Part shown: positions 51,958-61,261 of the stretch, piece after piece | Layout: each line of letters starts with the position of its first letter | Position numbering within the stretch: the first letter of the stretch is position 1 | NCBI GenBank assembly: GCA_050951325.1 | Contig: JBMNIW010000005.1 | Span: forward strand, 128,001-192,000 | From: Clostridia bacterium | GTDB lineage: Bacteria; Bacillota; Clostridia; UBA1212; DUPL01 | Direction of reading: 5' to 3' | DNA: 64,000 bases | Program-made: the position numbers and the translations under genes | Notes under the pieces: generated by a model | Seen by the model: the letters and a program-made list of their open reading frames with translations, nothing else | Told to the model about the DNA's origin: nothing | Database searches by the model: none

Positions 51958-52863
51958 CTAAATTTCAAGATTTAATAAATGTGATTCTATAATTTTTTTG
52001 TAGGAATAGTTTTCAAGCTTTAAATATCTTGCTGCAGTATCAATAAAGGCTCTAGCAGGACTTAGGCCAATAAGTTCGGATGAAACAACTTCATATCCCA
52101 TTTTTGATGCTTCGTTGCAAACTGTATCAAATACTTCAAACAGGGATGTAACCGTATAGTCTGTAAGGTTTACGGACACTTGGGCTGTGTTTTTAGTTTC
52201 CAGCATAATGCCAAGAGCTTTTACACATTTTAATCCGCCATTCTTCTCTCTTATTTTTTTTGCAATCTCCGTAGCAATTTCGATATTTGCTGTATTCAGC
52301 TGCATATTGAATGCTATAAGTGGTTTTCTAGCTCCGATAACTACCGCGCCTGCTGTTGGATGAGGTTTTGTGCCATAGTCTGGTTTCCAGTCTTCTGACT
52401 GCATTTTTTCAACCAAGCCTTCAAATTCTCCACGTCTAATATCTGCAAGATTTGTACGATGAGGTTTCGATGCAGAGTTTTCGTAAAGGTAAACTGGCAA
52501 ACCCAGCTCGTTATATATTCTCTCCGCAAGAGTTTTTGAAAGCTCCACACATTCTTCCATGGTAACATTCTGTACAGGAACGAGTGGAATAACATCCACC
52601 GCTCCGATTCTAGGGTGTTTTCCTTCATGCTTTGTAAGGTCAATACTGTTAACTGCAACGGAAGTGGCTTTGATACATAGCATCATAGAACTCCTTCCAT
52701 TGAGCCCATAAAAGTAAAGACGCTTCTATTGTGATCGTAATCGGAGCTGTGTTCCAACAAGAATGATATTTTTTGTATTAATTATTGCTTCTTCTATTTC
52801 CTTGATAATATTACTGTCTCTTCCTTCGCTGAAGTTTGGTATGCATTCAACAATTTTGTTCAA
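51958..52863 (-). pseudogene. ftcD: Glutamate formimidoyltransferase, disrupted near the 5' end (pseudogene or consensus error)
   Basis: N-terminus VECIPNFSEGRD from the TTG at 52863; SDYDHNRSVFT lies in another frame; body H.GKHPRIGAVDVIP and GARKPLIAFN in ORF 51958..52686. Confidence 0.85.
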
Positions 52864-52967
52864 GTTCAATACCCCTTTTTTATTGTATTATACCACAATA
52901 ATAGTGTACTTGATTTTTTAGTTTAATTCATGGATAATATGTTCACAAAACATGAAAGGATGAGAAG

Positions 52968-55900
52968 ATGAATAAGGAGCTATTGAAAGAATTTAAGAAC
53001 CCTGGTGTAGCGTATAGAGGCAAACCTTTTTGGTCCTGGAATGGAGAACTGGAAAAAGATGAACTTGTTAGACAAGTAAAAGTCATGAAGGAGATGGGAC
53101 TTGGCGGATACTTCATGCATTCAAGAGCGGGACTCATCACCGAATATTTGGGAGATGAATGGTTCGACCTTATTAATGCTGTGGCTGATGCAGGTGAGGA
53201 AGAAGGTCTTGAGTCATGGCTGTACGACGAGGACAGATGGCCTTCAGGAAGTGCAGGTGGAAAGGTTACAGAAGATCCTCAATACAGCATGAAAAGTATA
53301 GTTCTAAAGGAATCCGACGTGGACAAGTTCTCCTGGGACGGGAGATATTGTAAAAGTCTTTGCAGGTAAAGTTGACGGATTCAATCTGGATGAATATTTT
53401 GAAATTTCAAAAGATACGGATTTGTCCAAGCTTGAAGGGTATAAGATTCTGAAATTTGAAATTATTCCTCAGGAACGCAATAGCGTATATAACGGCAACA
53501 CATATATTGATACAATGAGCCTGAAGGCTACTGAAAGATTCATTGAGTTGACACATGAAGAGTATAAAAAACGTTGTGAGGACAGAATTGGCACAACAAT
53601 AAAAGGCATATTCACTGACGAACCTCACAGAGGACACATGCTGGACGACTTTAAGGAAGTTGACGGTGTAAGACAGTGTTCCTGCGCTTATACCGATGAC
53701 ATATTCGAAGAATTCGAAAAAAGATATGGCTATGATGCAAAAGCAATCCTTCCTGAACTTTATTACATCTATAAAGGCAGGAAAGTAAACAAGGTAAAAA
53801 AAGATTATGTGGATCTTGCAAATGCTCTATTTATCGAAAGATTTGCAATACCTGTAAACAACTGGTGCATTGAAAACAACATGGAACTTACCGGCCACTA
53901 TCTACACGAGGACTCATTGACAAACCAGACTGTTCCTTGTGGTTCCATTATGAGAATGTATGAATATATGGGTTATCCCGGTGTTGACGTTCTGACGGAA
54001 GGCAATAGGTGCTACTGGGTAGTAAAACAGCTTTCTTCAGTAGCAAGGCAGCTGGACAAGAAATGGCTTTTGTCGGAGTTGTACGGATGTACTGGATGGC
54101 AGTTTGATTTCAAAGCCCACAAGGCAGTTGGTGACTGGCAGGCTTTGTTTGGAATAAACTTAAGATGCCATCATCTGTCCTGGTATACAATGGAGGGTGA
54201 GTCAAAGAGGGACTATCCTGCCAGCATTCTGCATCAGTCCGCATACTATCCATATTATGACCTTGTTGAAAGCTATTTCGCAAGATTTGGCGTTGTAATA
54301 TCTTCAGGAAAGCCAGAGTGCGAAGTGCTGGTTCTAAATCCAATAGAAAGCGTATGGGCTCAGATACATATGGGATGGGCAAGATGGATAAGCAGTGTGG
54401 ATGAAGATGTTAGGAAGCTTGAGCGTCACTACGAAGAACTCTTCCATATGCTTTGCGGCAACCATATAGATTTTGACTATGGTGAGGAAGAGATGATGTC
54501 AAGGCATGCAAGTGTGGAAGACGGAGCACTAAGGGTTGGCAATGCAAGATACAAGGTTGTTGTAGTTAGTGGAATGCTAACCATGAGAGAAAGCACTATT
54601 AAATTGCTTGAAGAGTTTGTAGAACAAGGCGGGAAAGTCATATTTGCAGGCGATTTGCCAAAGTATGTGGATGCGGTGGAATCTGAGAAAGTTTCAGAGC
54701 TTTCATCTAAAGCAACATGTATTCCATTTGATAAAAAAGAACTGGCGAATGAAATAAAGAGTGTTACAGCAAGCAGAATTGACATTGCATACAAAGATGG
54801 TAGTGTTTTGAATGATGTTTTTTGTCAGGTCAGAAATGTGGAAGATTCATCATTCATAGTAATGCTGAACACCGATAGAAACAACCCTAAAGATGGTGTT
54901 GTTGTAAAGTACAAATTGCAGGACTCTTCGAGGGATGTGTTTGTGGAAGAGTGGGATCTGCTTACCGGAAATCGATATGAAGTAGTTGACTACGAATGCA
55001 AGAATGGATTTGTTGAAATTAATACAAATCTGCATGCAGCTGGTGAAAGGGTATTCCTTGTAACAAGCAAAAAGGATGAATCTCTTTCACCTAAGGAAGA
55101 ACATTTCACAAAGGAAACAAAGCTTTATGATGGTATGGTGGACTATGAGCTTGACGAACCCAACGTTTGTGTTCTGGATTTTGCAAAATGGAAATTCAAT
55201 GATGGAGAATGGAACGATGAGGATGAAGTTCTGAAAGTAGATGCCAAGGTAAGGCAGCTTAATGGAATGGAAACAAGAAGCGGTGGAATGCTGCAGCCAT
55301 GGTTTGCAAAACTGCATGATCATAAGGTTTATGGTGATGTGGAGCTGGAGTACGAGTTTTATGTCGATGAGATTCCAACTGGAGATGTATATATCGCAGC
55401 TGAAAGACCTGAAAACTGGGATTACAGCATAAACGGTGTAAAACTTGCCTGTGAGGATTTCAGCGATATTTGGATTGATGTCTGCTTCAAGAAGATGCTG
55501 GTTCCCAAAGGAGCAATAAAGCTTGGATTGAACAAGGTGACTGCAAGAACCAGTTTCATGCGTACCACCAATATTGAAGCAGTTTACGTTTTGGGCAGCT
55601 TTGGAGTAAAACTTGATGGAAAGAAGAAAACCATAACCACATTGCCCAAGGAGATTGCTTTTGAAAATCTAGTGAATTACAATCTGCCTTTCTATACGGG
55701 CTGTGTTACATACAAGCTTAATGCACAAAAAGTCAAATCCCTGATAGGTGATGTTTCGAACAAGAGAGTTGTACTTTCTCCAAAATCCTTTACCGGTGCA
55801 TTGGTCAAGGTAGAATATGACGGAGCAGAACCGATTCTGTTGGGATGGGATCCATATGAAGCAGATGTGACAGAGGCTGTCAGGGAAGGAAAGGACATAA

Positions 55901-56076
55901 ATGTAACGCTTGTTTGTACAAGAAGAAACACCTTTGGTCCGCTGCATATTGTTCCACTTCATCATGGAGCATATGGTCCTGGACACTTTACAACAGGCGG
56001 CGACTCCTGGACTGACAACTACAACTTGATAGACAGCTGTATAAAAGACGGTGTGGTTTTCAAGATAAAAGGATAA
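52968..56076 (+). CDS. Large glycoside hydrolase, GH106/alpha-L-rhamnosidase-like, with a +1 frameshift near 53340
   Basis: PFWSWNG, GGYFMHSR.GL, WLYDEDRWPSG, FTDEP, GH..HE, PGVD, LSE.YG. Removing one G at 53334-53342 fuses ORFs 52968..53369 and 53422..56076. Confidence 0.82.
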
Positions 56077-56087
56077 ATTGGTTAATT

Positions 56088-57817
56088 GAAAAAGTAAATG
56101 CAAAACTGAAGAAGTAAATGCAACGATTTTTCTGCCCCAAACAGAGAAATCGTTGCGTTTTTTGCTGGTTTAATCTATAATTTAAAATGAAAGGTCCAGT
56201 TTGAGGATGTTTTTGGGCATGACAAACTAGCCTTGCATAATTTCTTAATTTTTACGAAGAAGTAAATGCAAAGCTTTTTGACTCATTTTGCCCGCCAGGA
56301 GTATCTTTTTTGGTTTAATTATCTTAATAAAGCTGGATGCAAAATTACATCCCTAGCTGGTATTTCAACCAGGCCGAGTTTTGCGGCGATTTCATCGCCA
56401 TATATTGCTTTGAAGACAGCAATCAGCGACTTATCCCCAAGCCTCGGTCTGGGGTATGAGTTTATATGATTAGTAATCAGGTCTGTTTTTTCCCGATTAA
56501 GTCCGGAAAAAGACGACCCCTTAGGCAAAATGCAACGGAAAAACTCATGGTTCCTTTCGCATTTTGCCTTTTGGTTTGAGTTCATAGGATCACAGTAAAA
56601 CACTCTCGACTGAGCTTCCCCTGTTTCTCTATTAATCTCAATGGTGGTTGGATCGGTAAACTCGGAGCCCCTGTCAGTGAGAATGACAGGGAACAGTTTT
56701 GAGAATTCCGAATCTGTCAGCTTTGACCTGAGTTCATCAAATATCTCCGCTACTGAGCGAGCTGTATTGGCACTGCGGTAGAAGTATAGCTGCAAATCGC
56801 AGTTTTTGAAAAGCAAGGACAGCACAACTGCCGATTCGCCCTTTCTTCCCATAACAGTATCCATTTCAACAACGTTGACATAACCGCTTTGTTCCAGATA
56901 AGCCTGGAAATCGGAATATGTCCTGCCTTTGAAGCACTGCTTGTCCACTTTTACGGCAGGTCCGGCTTTTTTTTCTTAACCTTCTCTGGACGGTACGTGA
57001 CAAATCGGTAGGTTTGGCTGACAAAAGCCCCATATGTAAGTATTTGTATACACTTCTTTCGGAAAGGTTCAAAACATCTTTTTGCTCCGTGCATATCAAG
57101 TGTATTGATTGTCCTTTTTTCAATCTTGGAGAAATGATATCGTCAATATGCTTCAAATGCTCACCGGTTACCGAAATGCCCTGTCTGGATTCCGAGAGCT
57201 TTTTCCTGTACTCTTTGTGCGCTTTTTCGGCATCATACAAGTATTTGGACAGTGGACATCTTGGTTTCTTTTCACAGCTATTGCAAACATATGGCGGAGA
57301 ATCATATCTGGTACATATATCTTCCTCGAACTCACTGCAAAAATCATTACATCCACCGCAGTACTTGCAATTCTTGTGGTGTATTGCCTCGCATGAAGGC
57401 TTTTTGCATTTACCCGCGATTTTGCAGTCGAAACGCTTTTTACACGCATTTTTGGTTTGCATGGTTGAAACCTCTTTTCGACTGATGAAAACACGATGTT
57501 TTTTTACTTCTCTCATAATGGTGCTTGCCGGTCGTGACAAATCCACAGCTATTTCAGCAAACGATTTACCTTCCTTAAGCATTTTTTGAATGGTGATCCT
57601 GTCTTCCAATGTCAAATGTTTACCCATAAATGCCTTCTTCTACTCCTGGACAGGCAACAAGGAAATAATTGCACGTAATTAGGAAAAAGTAAATGCAATT
57701 TTTATGGGTACCCTCGGGTACCCATAAAGGCATTTGGTATTAGGAAAAAGTAAATGCAACTCTAGCCATAAGTTATTAGAATGTGAGTATTTGCATCTTC
57801 GGAAGAAGTAAATGCAA
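56088..57817 (+). repeat. Six co-oriented copies of GAARAAGTAAATGCAA in the IS30 ends
   Basis: Copies start at 56088, 56108, 56256, 57683, 57744 and 57802. Confidence 0.93.
56319..57627 (-). CDS. IS30-family transposase with Cys-rich insertion; +1 frameshift at an A8 run
   Basis: HLTLEDR.TI HTH, TI.REVK, EMDTV.G, LTDRGSEF, QK..CE.NH DDE motifs, INSYPR. The run is at 56967-56974. Confidence 0.9.
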
Positions 57818-57875
57818 CTGTATCTTTGCATTTAAAAATTCAAATGACCAAAAGGATAAATTTTAAAAAAAAGGC

Positions 57876-57904
57876 TGGACAACTGAAATATTATGTGTTA
57901 AAAT
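57876..57904 (+). promoter_or_regulatory. Sigma-A promoter for tRNA-Thr(GGT)
   Basis: TGGACA-17 nt-TAAAAT with TGn. Confidence 0.6.
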
Positions 57905-57922
57905 ATATTTCGGTTTCAGCCA

Positions 57923-57998
57923 GCCCTCATAGCTCAGTAGGCAGAGCGCATCCATGGTAAGGATGAGGTCACCAGTTCGATTCTGGTTGAGGGCTCCA
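57923..57998 (+). tRNA. tRNA-Thr(GGT)
   Basis: gccctca/tgagggc acceptor stem, anticodon arm catcc-at-GGT-aa-ggatg, CCA; terminator at 58000-58038. Confidence 0.96.
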
Positions 57999-58065
57999 CA
58001 AAAAAGCACAGTTTAAAAGACTGTGCTTTTTTTTTTTTGCTTGTATATATTTCCGGTAGATAGTA

Positions 58066-59997
58066 CCTGACTTTGGTAATAAGCATTGGAAAATGGTGCA
58101 AACTAAATGGTAATAGAAGGATGCTCAAGAAAAAGCATCCTTTGTTTGAGTATAATAACTATAATTTGTAGTTTAAAATTGAATTTACTTGCGATTTCGA
58201 TAAGAAGTAGTTCGTGAGAGGGAGATCGAATTTGATTGTAAGTTCATCTATTAACTCTGATGAAGTAGTTAAGTTGATAAACCTATTATCCACATCGGTA
58301 AGATTAAATTTTTTTATAAACTTATATATTTCAGAAGTTGAAAATTTATTCTCCAACACCTTAAATTGTAACAATCGCTCTAAAAGAACAGCGCAATAGC
58401 AAATAAGAAAGTGTCCTTTGATTGAATCAACTTTTTGAAGAAAAACAGGCCTAGCATCTAGGTCCGACTTCATTATCTTGAACGATTCTTCTATACGCCA
58501 AAGGTTATGATATGTTTCGTAGATATCTAGATCATTCATCTTTATTTCAGATGTAACAAGAAGGTTGTATCCTGCAAGTTCCAGATCTTCGTTTATTGCA
58601 TCATTGTTTATTACAGCCGCGGCTTTATTTCCTTTTTCATCTATGAACTTAACATATTTAGCAGACTCTCCGTATTCTGCCTTCTTTGCTTGAGAATGTG
58701 TAAGAAACTTTGCTTTTTCAACCATTTTGTTTATTTCACATCTTTTTTTATATGCTAAAGATGGATTGTATGTTAAGAGTCTCTTTTCTGTAAATTCTAT
58801 AGTATAGACTTTTCCTTCATATGTTACATCATACGGAAACTTATCAATACATGTTTTATAACGAAATAAAATATTGCCGTTTTTATCTTTAACATCTTTA
58901 AAATCTCTATCAAGAAGCACCCATTTCTTCTCTTTATCCGGAAGATTTTTTGCTGCTTTTGAAAATATGTAACCATCACCATTCTTTTTTGCATACGCTA
59001 TGTTGTTGGCACAGTTAAGTCCTTTATCTGCTACATGAATGGTTCTTCCTGTTATGTTATTTTGCTTTTTAAGATTGCTTATTACATCTCTTATTATAGG
59101 TTTTTCAGATTCGTTACCAGGATATATCTTCATTCCTACTGGTATTTGATTGCGATCTAGTAATAAACCAAGGCCTACTAGAGGTTTCCTTTGATTTTCT
59201 TTACTTACACCATTTTTTTTAAAATCATCTTCTCTATCAATTTCAAAATAAAAATTTGTACAATCGAAATAGGTTTTAGTAGTATCTAATTTATATATTT
59301 TATCAACCTGTGTAGTAAATATTTCAACAATCTTTTCGTAATTGTTGCCTAGAAAAGCTAAGCCATCTAGTAGCTGATCGTATGAAAAATTATAGGTTTG
59401 ATAAAGATTAGGTAGCACTTCATGGAATGTCCTATATTTACTGCAGGGATTAACGCTTCTTGCGTAAATAAGAGATGATAGTAAATCATAAAGATCGAAT
59501 TCAAACCTAGTAATTAACTTAAAATAGTCGATAAAGTGCTTAATGTTTAATTTCTCCATAATACTTTTCAAAGGAAAATAACCTAGGTGAATAAGTGGAG
59601 ATTTAGTTGAGATTTTTTTTACGCTTTCTTCTTTTCTATTTTTATTTAATTCATCAACTACCTTTTGATAATGGGCAATAGGATCTTCTATGCCTTTTTC
59701 TTTAAGTGTTTCTATAGACCCTAATGATTTATGACAACGATGAGCAGTGCCCTTTTTTGCAGGATCATAAAAACTTTCATAAATTGCAATGTATGTTCGA
59801 TTTTTCTGCTTTGACTTTTTCAAAAAATATGCCACAACATTCCCTCCAAACTTGCACCATGTAGCACCATTATTATCTCATAAAAAAATATTTGTGTCAA
59901 GTTTTTACGCATAAAAAAAACCCTATATTTGGGCGTTTGTTGATGATTATTATCTATTTTTGTCCTAATTATTCATGGTGCGAACTACGAAACAAGG
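58066..59997 (-). mobile_element. IS1634-family insertion sequence
   Basis: Bounded by the long direct repeat, CC...GG ends with weak IRs, visibly more AT-rich than the flanks. Confidence 0.9.
58159..59835 (-). CDS. IS1634-family DDE transposase
   Basis: YFDCTNFYFE, GVSKE, YPGNESE, VADKGL, YHNLWRIEESFKIMKS.L.ARPVF, IKGHFLIC. Confidence 0.94.
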   Translation of the reverse strand: MAYFLKKSKQKNRTYIAIYESFYDPAKKGTAHRCHKSLGSIETLKEKGIEDPIAHYQKVVDELNKNRKEESVKKISTKSPLIHLGYFPLKSIMEKLNIKHFIDYFKLITRFEFDLYDLLSSLIYARSVNPCSKYRTFHEVLPNLYQTYNFSYDQLLDGLAFLGNNYEKIVEIFTTQVDKIYKLDTTKTYFDCTNFYFEIDREDDFKKNGVSKENQRKPLVGLGLLLDRNQIPVGMKIYPGNESEKPIIRDVISNLKKQNNITGRTIHVADKGLNCANNIAYAKKNGDGYIFSKAAKNLPDKEKKWVLLDRDFKDVKDKNGNILFRYKTCIDKFPYDVTYEGKVYTIEFTEKRLLTYNPSLAYKKRCEINKMVEKAKFLTHSQAKKAEYGESAKYVKFIDEKGNKAAAVINNDAINEDLELAGYNLLVTSEIKMNDLDIYETYHNLWRIEESFKIMKSDLDARPVFLQKVDSIKGHFLICYCAVLLERLLQFKVLENKFSTSEIYKFIKKFNLTDVDNRFINLTTSSELIDELTIKFDLPLTNYFLSKSQVNSILNYKL

Positions 59998-60057
59998 GAT
60001 TCTGGTTGAGGGCTCCACAAAAAAGCACAGTTTAAAAGACTGTGCTTTTTTTTTTGC

Positions 60058-60086
60058 TTGTATATATTTCCGGTAGATAGTATAAT
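60058..60086 (+). promoter_or_regulatory. Sigma-A promoter for 60156..63253
   Basis: TTGTAT-17 nt-TATAAT; the right direct-repeat copy ends inside the -10 box. Confidence 0.6.
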
Positions 60087-60155
60087 TCAAGAAACTTGGT
60101 CAATACACATGGGAAGAAAGACAAAATATCTGACGTAAACTTTGGAGGTTCTTGA

Positions 60156-61256
60156 ATGAAAAGAGTTTTATGTATCTTTATATTCCTGTTTATATTTACA
60201 GCATCCTTTGTACATGCAGAAGAAATGGAAGTGTTTGACAAGGTTGACTTTGAAGATTTGCAAACTGGTAGTGTTGATGGAAGCGATTTTGCAGTTCTTT
60301 GGGATTTCTCAAATCCAGCTGGTAACACTCCATTAATTAGGGATGAGGGAGGCAACAAGTATTTAAGGATGGATGGGTATTCTCAAATAATATCTCCTCA
60401 TATTATGGAATCTGATGAATATGTGTTTGAGACAAAGATACGCCTCACGTATGGATACAGGTGGGTAGGTTTTTTTGTAAGAGCTGCCAATCCTGTCTTA
60501 AGAACCAATCCATATCATTCCGAATACAGTGAATCAAACCCCATAGGCATGCATATTCATTTTTACGAATCGGATTGGTATTATGATGCGGAGCAAAAAG
60601 GCGAGTCCAATATGGGGGGAAGTGGCATTGGCATATTCCCAAGAAAAGGCCATGTAAGAGTGGCGATAAAAACCTACATACCCAATGCGTTGAACATGGG
60701 AATTGTCTATCATGATTTTCCTTATCCAGAGGACACAAATCCCAAAGAATTTGTCAAGTATACTGTAAGGGATAACGGTACGGATACAATAGAGATCTAC
60801 ATAAACGATCACTTCATAACAAAGATTACTTTTTCAGAACCGGTAGTATATGAAGAGGATCCTCATGATGAGAATGAATATTATTCTGTTGCTTCAATGA
60901 CTGATTTGGAAGGCAATGTTTTCGATTTGTATGATCAGGAGGATAGAAAGATAGAAATCCTAGACAATGCAAGGATTGCCGTCTTCTCCCACAGAATTGC
61001 ATTTGCAAGCAGAACTCAGAGTTTTGATATTGATGACATTGTTTTCTATCATAAAGCAAGCCAAAACACATTACAGCCAACTCAATCACCAGACAGGACT
61101 AATGAGAATCCTGTAAACACAACACCTGATAATACGGTGGTCAACGACAATCAGTTGAACTATCCTGCCATACTGATTACCACTTCATCAGCTATTGTAA
61201 CTGTAATATTTATTTCATACATGATTATATTATTCAGAAAGACTTACAGGAGGTAG
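60156..61256 (+). CDS. Secreted membrane-anchored protein, probable ConA/LamG-like beta-sandwich
   Basis: Signal peptide (VHA-E), beta-rich core, P/T/N linker, C-terminal TM helix plus basic tail. Confidence 0.7.
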   Translation: MKRVLCIFIFLFIFTASFVHAEEMEVFDKVDFEDLQTGSVDGSDFAVLWDFSNPAGNTPLIRDEGGNKYLRMDGYSQIISPHIMESDEYVFETKIRLTYGYRWVGFFVRAANPVLRTNPYHSEYSESNPIGMHIHFYESDWYYDAEQKGESNMGGSGIGIFPRKGHVRVAIKTYIPNALNMGIVYHDFPYPEDTNPKEFVKYTVRDNGTDTIEIYINDHFITKITFSEPVVYEEDPHDENEYYSVASMTDLEGNVFDLYDQEDRKIEILDNARIAVFSHRIAFASRTQSFDIDDIVFYHKASQNTLQPTQSPDRTNENPVNTTPDNTVVNDNQLNYPAILITTSSAIVTVIFISYMIILFRKTYRR

Positions 61257-61261
61257 GGCAA

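Larger units (their letters stand above)
56080..57849 (-). mobile_element. IS30-family insertion sequence (1770 bp)
   Basis: Imperfect 25-bp terminal IRs (ggttaattgaaaaagtaaatgcaaa vs ggtcatttgaatttttaaatgcaaa); 13-bp direct repeat aaaaggataaatt at 56067-56079 and 57850-57862. Confidence 0.92.
57979..60082 (+). repeat. Long direct repeat (87 bp at 57979-58065, 85 bp at 59998-60082) flanking the IS1634 element
   Basis: gattctggttgagggctcca...ttccggtagatagta in both copies; they differ only in T-run length (12 vs 10). Confidence 0.96.

Noticed and set aside
52683-52685. Selenocysteine or stop read-through at the TGA in ftcD
   Set aside because: The conserved downstream sequence is in a different frame, so an indel explains it.
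56966-56974. Classical A_AAA_AAG -1 frameshift in the IS30 transposase
   Set aside because: The -1 frame stops within a few codons; the DDE domain is in the +1 frame, so an extra A (mutation, slippage or error) fits better.
57678-57817. Repeat-spacer pattern as a true CRISPR array
   Set aside because: Repeats are only 16-21 bp, three copies, match the IS terminal repeat core, and no cas genes are present; reported as IS subterminal repeats.
57979-60082. Integrase-type genomic island (attL/attR) at tRNA-Thr
   Set aside because: No tyrosine or serine recombinase; the interval is a single IS1634 transposase, a family known for long target duplications.
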